Source: the human T2T-CHM13v2.0 reference genome, Homo sapiens
Direction: 5' to 3' (one strand)
NCBI RefSeq assembly: GCF_009914755.1
Contig: NC_060925.1
DNA length: 64,000 nt
The notes beneath the pieces are model-generated. The model was not told where the DNA came from, ran no database searches, and saw nothing but the letters and a program-made list of their open reading frames with translations. Position numbers and translations under genes: made by a program. This document shows, in pieces, positions 54,751 through 64,000 of the stretch (position 1 is its first letter; each line of letters begins with the position of its first letter).

Positions 54751-55959
54751 AATCGAACAAAATTGATAATCCACCTCAAATTTTCCACACCGGGTTGCCC
54801 GGCACATCAGCCACTCATACCTGGGAACACTGGGGACAGACTCAGAGGGCACTGTGACATCAGTTCTACCACAATATCTTGTGGAAGGGATATCTGCTAA
54901 GAAGAATTCAGATGTAAGTGGCTGCATGCCTCCTTCAGGAGAAAGAGCAAGCTTTCCCTCACCCATCCTCTCCTCCTTAGGTCCCACTGCCTCCTCAGGG
55001 TCAGACTTCATTCCCCCTCGTCTTTATGAATCCTCCCCTTACTCTCAGTTTCTCAGTTCAGAAGGGATCTTGCTGCCTCCAAGCTCCTGACTCATAATTT
55101 AGGACAACTAATCTGGTGTTTCATTAGGTGTCATCTTTTGAACTGAGCTTACATCTGTGTCTGGCTTGACAGGTTTTTTAGGATAGGAGAAGACAGGGAA
55201 GAGGCAGATGTGAATCCCAGGTTTCACCCCTTTCCAGCAGGATGATCTGACTACACCCCTTCCTCGCTGCCTTAAAACCCTTTCGCGTGGCTTCATGAGG
55301 ACCTGACTGGGTCAGAGAAGCCACTCATAGGGTGAAGACATGAGCCCCACATCTCAGGACGCTAACAACTGCTTGACTGCCCAGGGCGGGCTCCCCCACC
55401 CACCCAGATCTGCTGTGTCCCGGCAGTGGAGTCTTTCCTAGGGAACAGGTGGATTTGGGGTGGGGCATGCCTTAGGCCCCATACTCATAAAATCCCGGGG
55501 CTCTGTCTTCTCACCTCTAAAACAGAGAAGACAGCAGCCGGTGGGTGCAGGTGGGAAGGGGTGAAGTGGAGGCTGAGAAGAGGTTAGGGCTCTCGGGCAC
55601 CCACCACCTCTTGCAACGCGACCCTGAGACAGTGGGGCAAGTATCCCGATTTCACGAACAAAGAAACTGAGCAACTAATAGAGGAATGGGCCACGCTCCT
55701 ACTGGGAGGCCGGGCAGGTCTCCCAGCCCTGAAGACTTTTCCTCCCAAGATTTAGATGTGAAGCCCCTTTTGCCTGTCCCTGCCCTTACCCCTCGGGTCA
55801 GCCCCAAATCGGAGGCCACCATCTCTCTCACAGAAGCCTGCCCCTCCCACCCCAAGCCCTCCTCCCTCCCCTCTTTCCTGCCCACCCATTTGCCTCCGGC
55901 TTGGGTGGCAGGAAGGGAGGTGCAGGGCCGGGCGTGAAGAGCAAACCCCCTCCTGCTCA

Positions 55960-57280
55960 GAGCTGCTGCCGCCTGCGCCCAGGGCTGCACTCCGCGCAGG
56001 CCTCATAGCCAGGCCATGGCCCCCACAGAGCCCTGGAGCCCCAGCCCGGGGTCAGCGCCCTGGGACTACTCGGGGTTGGACGGCCTGGAGGAGCTGGAGC
56101 TGTGTCCGGCCGGGGACCTGCCCTACGGCTACGTCTACATCCCCGCGCTCTACCTGGCGGCCTTCGCCGTGGGCCTGCTGGGCAACGCCTTTGTGGTGTG
56201 GCTGCTGGCCGGGCGGCGGGGCCCGCGGCGGCTGGTGGATACCTTCGTGCTGCACCTGGCGGCAGCTGACCTGGGCTTCGTGCTCACGCTGCCGCTGTGG
56301 GCCGCGGCGGCGGCGCTAGGCGGCCGCTGGCCGTTCGGCGATGGCCTCTGCAAGCTCAGCAGCTTCGCGCTGGCGGGCACGCGCTGCGCGGGCGCGCTGC
56401 TGCTGGCGGGCATGAGCGTGGACCGCTACCTGGCCGTGGTGAAGCTGCTCGAGGCGAGGCCACTGCGCACCCCGCGCTGCGCGCTGGCCTCGTGCTGCGG
56501 CGTCTGGGCCGTGGCGCTGCTGGCCGGCCTGCCCTCCCTGGTCTACCGGGGGTTGCAGCCCCTGCCTGGGGGCCAGGACAGCCAGTGCGGCGAGGAGCCC
56601 TCCCACGCCTTCCAGGGCCTCAGCTTGCTGCTGCTGCTGCTGACCTTCGTGCTGCCCCTGGTCGTCACCCTCTTCTGCTACTGCCGCATCTCGCGCCGCC
56701 TGCGACGGCCGCCGCACGTGGGTCGGGCCCGGAGGAACTCGCTGCGCATCATCTTCGCCATCGAGAGCACGTTTGTGGGCTCCTGGCTGCCCTTCAGCGC
56801 CCTGCGGGCCGTCTTCCACCTGGCGCGTCTGGGGGCGCTGCCGCTGCCGTGCCCCCTGCTGCTGGCGCTGCGCTGGGGCCTCACCATTGCCACCTGCCTG
56901 GCCTTCGTCAACAGCTGCGCCAACCCGCTCATCTACCTCCTGCTGGACCGCTCATTCCGAGCCCGGGCGCTGGACGGGGCCTGCGGGCGCACCGGCCGCC
57001 TGGCGCGAAGGATCAGCTCAGCCTCCTCGCTCTCCAGGGACGACAGTTCCGTGTTCCGTTGCCGGGCCCAGGCCGCGAACACTGCCTCGGCCTCCTGGTA
57101 GCTGCCCCGGGCCGCTGGAGGTGGGCGGCAGCGGAGCATCGAGAGGAGGCCAGAGGTCCCGGAGGGGACTGAGCTCCCCAGACGCGCCTGTTCTGGCGGC
57201 AGCAAGCTGCTCGGGCCGGCATCGCATTTCCTCGCGCGCTGCCTGGACTCCCAAGGCCTCCTCCATCGGTTTCCCCGGAA
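55960..57280. promoter_or_regulatory. GPR25: CpG island covering GPR25 5' end and body
   Basis: Very high GC and CpG density relative to the CpG-depleted flanks. Confidence 0.9.
56016..57101 (+). CDS. GPR25: G protein-coupled receptor 25 (class A, GPR15/apelin-receptor-like chemoattractant receptor), single coding exon, 361 aa
   Basis: Strong Kozak gccATGG; GNxxV (TM1), LAAAD (TM2), WPFG..C (ECL1), DRY (TM3), SWLP (TM6), NPLIY (TM7); N-terminus MAPTEPWSPSPGSAPWDYSG recognised. Confidence 0.98.
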   Translation: MAPTEPWSPSPGSAPWDYSGLDGLEELELCPAGDLPYGYVYIPALYLAAFAVGLLGNAFVVWLLAGRRGPRRLVDTFVLHLAAADLGFVLTLPLWAAAAALGGRWPFGDGLCKLSSFALAGTRCAGALLLAGMSVDRYLAVVKLLEARPLRTPRCALASCCGVWAVALLAGLPSLVYRGLQPLPGGQDSQCGEEPSHAFQGLSLLLLLLTFVLPLVVTLFCYCRISRRLRRPPHVGRARRNSLRIIFAIESTFVGSWLPFSALRAVFHLARLGALPLPCPLLLALRWGLTIATCLAFVNSCANPLIYLLLDRSFRARALDGACGRTGRLARRISSASSLSRDDSSVFRCRAQAANTASASW

Positions 57281-57789
57281 CCTCAGAACAATTGAACTCC
57301 CCTAAACCAGGCTCCTGTGACTAGCTGTTCCCTCTCAGCCTGCAGGGTACCTGAGCTAATTTTGTCCAGTCCAAGATAGGTGCTATGAGATGTAGCAGAC
57401 AGCAACTCGGAGACCCGCAGATTCACCAAGTAGACAGAAGGGAAGTGGGTTTCCTTCTCTGTCCCATCGGGAAGAGAACCCACCAGAATATCTAACCCAG
57501 ACCCCCAAATGCCATTCTGATTTCTGGCTGTGCTTTCTCCCGTCTCCCACAATAGCCGTTGCTTTCAGAGAAATACCTTCTCCAAGTCAGACCCCCTGCC
57601 CTTCTCACTCACAAAACCCTTGCATTGAATCTGGTGACACTTCTCCCCCTGTGAAGCGGCAGGACTCACCTGGAAGTTGTTCTGGTCTTTCCCTCTGGAC
57701 AGAAGGTCCTGAAATCGCTCACCAGGCGTTTTTTGAGGTCTCCATCACTCAGCCAGGAACCTCAAAATCTCTGTGAATTCATCTTTCTC

Positions 57790-57795
57790 AATAAA
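57790..57795 (+). terminator. GPR25: Candidate GPR25 polyadenylation signal AATAAA
   Basis: First canonical hexamer I see after the stop (~690 nt downstream), followed by U/GU-rich sequence. Confidence 0.5.
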
Positions 57796-59189
57796 CACTC
57801 TTGCTAGCCCTGTCTTGACAACCGTCTTTGCTTGAGCAGTGGGAGTGAAATGCATATCAGGAGGCGGGTCGTACACTGGGTGAGACAAAACTCAACACAG
57901 TAGTTGAGGTTGATCTCAGGATGATGAGGATTTGGGGTGGTGTCTGGGAGCATGAGAGCTGGCTGCACTCTGCAGGTGCAGTAATCCCACAGGAGGAAGC
58001 AAGTCATTTATTCTTATTTTTAAGGACATTTCACATTTTGAAAATTACCGAAAGAAAATATATTTATATAAGGGCATCTGCCAGCCAAGTGTCACTTCCA
58101 AGAGAAGATGTGTCATTTTGGATTTTCAAATATATACCAGGCCCCCCCTTTTTTTTTCTATCTTTTTTCAGACCTTCCAGTACAAACTTTGAGGATTAGC
58201 CATTTTCTGACTCTGTCATTTCTCATTTGAGGTTTCTGTAGGGTTTGGAAATTCACTGTTTATACTTTTGATTTAAGAGGATTTGGCCTAAAGACATTTC
58301 AGTCAGTGCACATCCTAGCCAGATCCCCACAGGCCAGTCTTGATGTTGCAAGCTCTGGGGGAACGGGTGGGTGTGCACGCACATCAGCACCTCAGCACTA
58401 GGTTGGGTCTGAAGGCTGGCATTCTGTCGCAGGCTATCCATCCCATCCCCCCATCAAATACCCCTGTATTCTCTTCAGCATTTGGAGCTGCTTGGATTGA
58501 ACATCGGCTCTCCTAGGTCAGCCTGCCAAAAAGTGCATCTCTGCATGTTCCTACCATATACTCCAAGAGAGGCAAGCCTTGCAGCCTGTGAGGTCACCTC
58601 TGCCAGCAGGACACATTTCAGGCACTTCGGTGTTTGAGAGTTCAGTTAAGTCTTGGCCCTTCCTATCCTCACGATTGCTCTCCGAGGCAAGAAATTATTT
58701 TTTCATGGGGCTGAGACCCCAGAATTTTCAGGGCAGGGAAGCTGATTCTCATCTGGGTTTGTGTGTGACAAGATCTCAGAGTACAGAGGAGGCACTTTTC
58801 TAGGCTATTGGGACTGAGCCCCCACCTCCACCCCTGCCAAGTTGCTGCTTCTGACTTACTGACTAGTTGAGTTCCCTGAAAACAGACAGGAAGAAAGAAG
58901 ACTTCTCCATGCCCTGGTGGGTTTTCGTCTCCCCTCCTGCAGTAGCTATTGAAACTCAGCATTCCCCTCCTGCTGTGGAACTCTGCAATGTGGAGAGACA
59001 GTTTCCGCCCTTTGTTTGAGTAGATCACGGAACTGGTCTACCATGTGTCCTTTGGAAATTTTCCCTTAAATTCAGACAAAAATGAAAGAGGATCAGTGAG
59101 CTCCCATCTCCCACTGGGGAAGATGAGGCTCAGATTCATCGAGGAACTGGTTAAACGAGCATTCCCACATATGTGGCTGGTGAGAGTAG

Positions 59190-59670
<481 letters not shown>

Positions 59671-60039
59671 GAGTTAGAGAAGTTTTTAAAGAGTTAAACC
59701 TGAAAGGAAACAACAATGTCCAACAACAGTGTAATGTTTTTATTAAGATGAATGACTATTATGCAAATTTAAGATGCTCTTTAAAGAGAGATTGAAAAAT
59801 GTTGACGGATAACTTAAAAGGGAAAAAAAGGTAAAATTGTGTCTGTTAAACACACCCACACACTTCAAGTCTGGAGGATGTAACATGGTTAGCACTGGTT
59901 TTGTTAAGTAAAACATAACATGCTTCATAGTCCTTTTGATGAAAACGATCTTTTGCTCTTTTATTTCTCATAGCTCAAGCTTTGAACACTATAGGTATAT
60001 CTCTTTTATCTAGGTGCTAACTAATGGAATGCTGTCGAT

Positions 60040-60190
60040 TTATTTCTTCGTTTCTTGCTTGTCCCTCCTGTCAGGATGCAAGCTCCATGCATGCAGACGG
60101 TTTTGTCTGTTGGTTCAAGGCTGTGTTCCCAGTGCCTGGAGCATGCCTGCACATCTCAGGCACTCACTAACTACCTGTTGAATGAATGAT
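60040..60190 (+). mobile_element. L2 3' end
   Basis: gcaagctccatg...ttcccagtgcctgg...ggcactcactaa...tgttgaatgaatga. Confidence 0.75.
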
Positions 60191-60419
60191 CATCAGGACC
60201 ATGTCATGATATGAAATAATGTCATAGAATGTGAAGAGTAAAAGGAAGGCTATTGCATTTTATGTGTAACAGCTATGGATTGTTAAAGGACTTGCAAAAA
60301 AAGGCTAGGAAGAAATACAATAATCATTAATGATAATGATTGTGTATGATTGTGTTAGAGTAAGTGGATTTTAGATCCTTTTTCCCCTCCATTTCTTTAC
60401 TTTTAAATGTTCTATGAGC

Positions 60420-60856
<437 letters not shown>

Positions 60857-61851
60857 TAAGCTTCTTTTAAAGGGCAGTTAACAAATAGCAACGAAGCTAC
60901 CAAAGCACTGGAGCTCATAACAAGCTGCCTGTCCTTGGCCACCTCGCTTACCTTTCTTGAGACTCACTTTCTTCATCTAAAGGATGAAGATGATAATATC
61001 TCCTCAGGCTGCCTCACAGATCAAAGGAAATAATCTTGAAAGTACTTTGTAAGCTGTGGTGTTTTAGACAAACATACTGCAGGAGTTTTAGACAACATAC
61101 CCTCAGGATTAGCTTGTTCCAGGCCGGGCTACCCCATCCCAATCCTTGTAGCCATGGAGAGGAGATGGGGTGGAGCCACTCTGGGTTTTCAAAAGGTCAG
61201 CATCTAGGCTAAGGCTGGGCACACTGGCTGTGTGTGATTCTGATTTGCTTCTTGTGACTAATTCTGGGCTTCCTCCTCACCTCTCTCAACCCCTTGGGTG
61301 CTTTCTTGGGGCACAGTGTGGGAACCCAGGGCACTTGGGTTGATGAGTGATTTGGGGAGTTCAGCAGAATGGCAGAGCTCCAGGGGTGGCACTTGGTGAT
61401 ATGACTCAGCCCCACACCACTCTGAAGGCAGAGTGAGGACTCTGGACACTTGTGAGTACGTCTTGCTTGTTAGAGCTTACTGGGGCTAACTCCCTGTCCT
61501 ACCTGGGCCGAGTGGCCACAAGACATACTTATCCCATCACCCCCAAATGATGGGGCAAAAGGTGCAAATGATGAAAAGACCAGGAAATGCTTGGGATGTG
61601 AGAGGAAAGGAGAAAGCAATGATGTGAAATCACCCCTCCTCTTCATCATCATGAACATCAAAAAGTATTTATTGAGTGTGTAAGTACATCTTCCATGAAA
61701 GTGGGCACTGCCTGAGATTCATATTTACATCCATCACAGTGCTTTAAGGACAGAAGCTCATTTTGTCCATTCTGAGAACGAGGAGACTGAGGGCCAGAAA
61801 TGGGGGTCACTTAAGGTAATAATCACCACTTATACCTGTGTAGCATATTGA

Positions 61852-62160
<309 letters not shown>

Positions 62161-62162
62161 TA

Positions 62163-62672
<510 letters not shown>

Positions 62673-62739
62673 TTATTTCAAAGACAAAAGCCTTTTATAC
62701 ATAATATCTCATTACAATATCCCTCTGAAGTAGATGTCA

Positions 62740-63010
62740 AGATAATAGCTAATATTTACTGAGCGCAGTTGAGAGGCTCTGAGCTAAAGTTCTTACTTTA
62801 TATATATATTTATATAATATTATTAATCCTCACAATAACTTTATGGGGTATATAATATTATTGTTTCTATTCTACAGATTAAAAAAATGAGTTCTGGAGA
62901 GTTTATATAACTTTCCCAAAGTATCTTGCCTAAAGAACCTGTGTTATTATCCCCATTTTAGATAGGAGAGTTAGAACTCCAAGAGCTCAGTTGACTTGCC
63001 AGGATCACAC
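62740..63010 (-). mobile_element. MIR fragments
   Basis: ataatagctaatatttactgagc...aatcctcacaataac...ccccattttagatag...gacttgccaggatcacac. Confidence 0.6.
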
Positions 63011-63677
63011 ACACACAGGGCAGGGCTGAAAATTGTGGCTTCATGGGCCACAGCTCAACCCACCTTCCAACTTCCACCAGTTTTCTAGTGCCCGCTAACC
63101 CTGTTTCTCACTAATTGGTACTAAACCAAGTGTGCCAGAGTCAAGGCTGTTGCCCAGCATGGAAATTACCCCGCTTTTGTTCTCAAAAAAATCAGAATCC
63201 CTGTCCTATGGACATGGACAGTAAATTGTTGGGGCATTGGATTGAGAGAGAAATGGGGCTCTTCCCAGGGGTGATAGGGGCAGGACTGGGGAGAAACCCA
63301 CAAACCCCAGGGTTGCCTGGTAGTCCCAGCAGTGAATGAGAGAGCTGGGGAAAGACGGGCAGGGCTTCAATGGGCTTCGATGGACCTCAGACAACAGCTG
63401 CCAGTGTCTGGATGGAGACTGTGGTTTGCCTCAGGGAGATGTGCTAGACAAGGGGTGATTAATTGCTGCCCTGCTCTGAAAATGACTGTCTTCATGCTGT
63501 GCATGCAACCATTTCTTTCTATTCATCATCTCTGCTTCTGAATAACCTTAAGCAAGCAGGTTGTGCCATGGGCTGCTCTTATTCTGGGTCCCACAAACAC
63601 AGAGTGGCAGGATAAGGAAGGTCACAGGGCACTCTGAATTCCGTTTCTTTGTAGGCAAAGTCTTATTCTTTATATAG

Positions 63678-64000
<323 letters not shown>

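Noticed and set aside
56297-57324. 291-aa and 183-aa alternate-frame ORFs and several antisense ORFs overlapping GPR25
   Set aside because: The two sense ORFs have non-ATG starts. The very high GC3 of GPR25 removes the T needed to begin a stop in the shifted frame, so long open shadows are expected; composition is low-complexity Ala/Gly/Pro/Arg

Overview
Human (primate) genomic DNA, recognisable as chr1q32.1. Positions 1-~43.7 kb hold the 3' part of CAMSAP2 (+ strand). I reconstructed 13 GT-AG coding exons by hand (15183..41037). They are all phase-compatible and total 3792 nt (1263 aa + stop), covering the CH-like domain, CC1/CC2/CC3 coiled coils and the C-terminal CKK domain. There is also a 33-nt cassette microexon (SPSKWFWKLVP) and a ~2.65 kb 3'UTR. 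Downstream lie a full-length RPL34 processed pseudogene (~46.75-47.19 kb) and the intronless GPCR gene GPR25 (56016..57101) inside a CpG island. The rest is Alu, L1, L2, MIR, DNA-transposon and solo-LTR sequence plus microsatellites. Almost all short ORFs in the supplied track are Alu/L1, low-complexity or GC-shadow artefacts. I found no convincing new multi-gene system. The most interesting unexplained structure is splice-level, in the intron just upstream of the CAMSAP2 CKK-side exons. It includes an in-frame upstream acceptor whose 27-nt extension carries a TGA that looks like a CpG-decayed CGA, a second cryptic acceptor, and a cluster of RBFOX motifs. Repeat boundaries and subfamily names are by eye and approximate.
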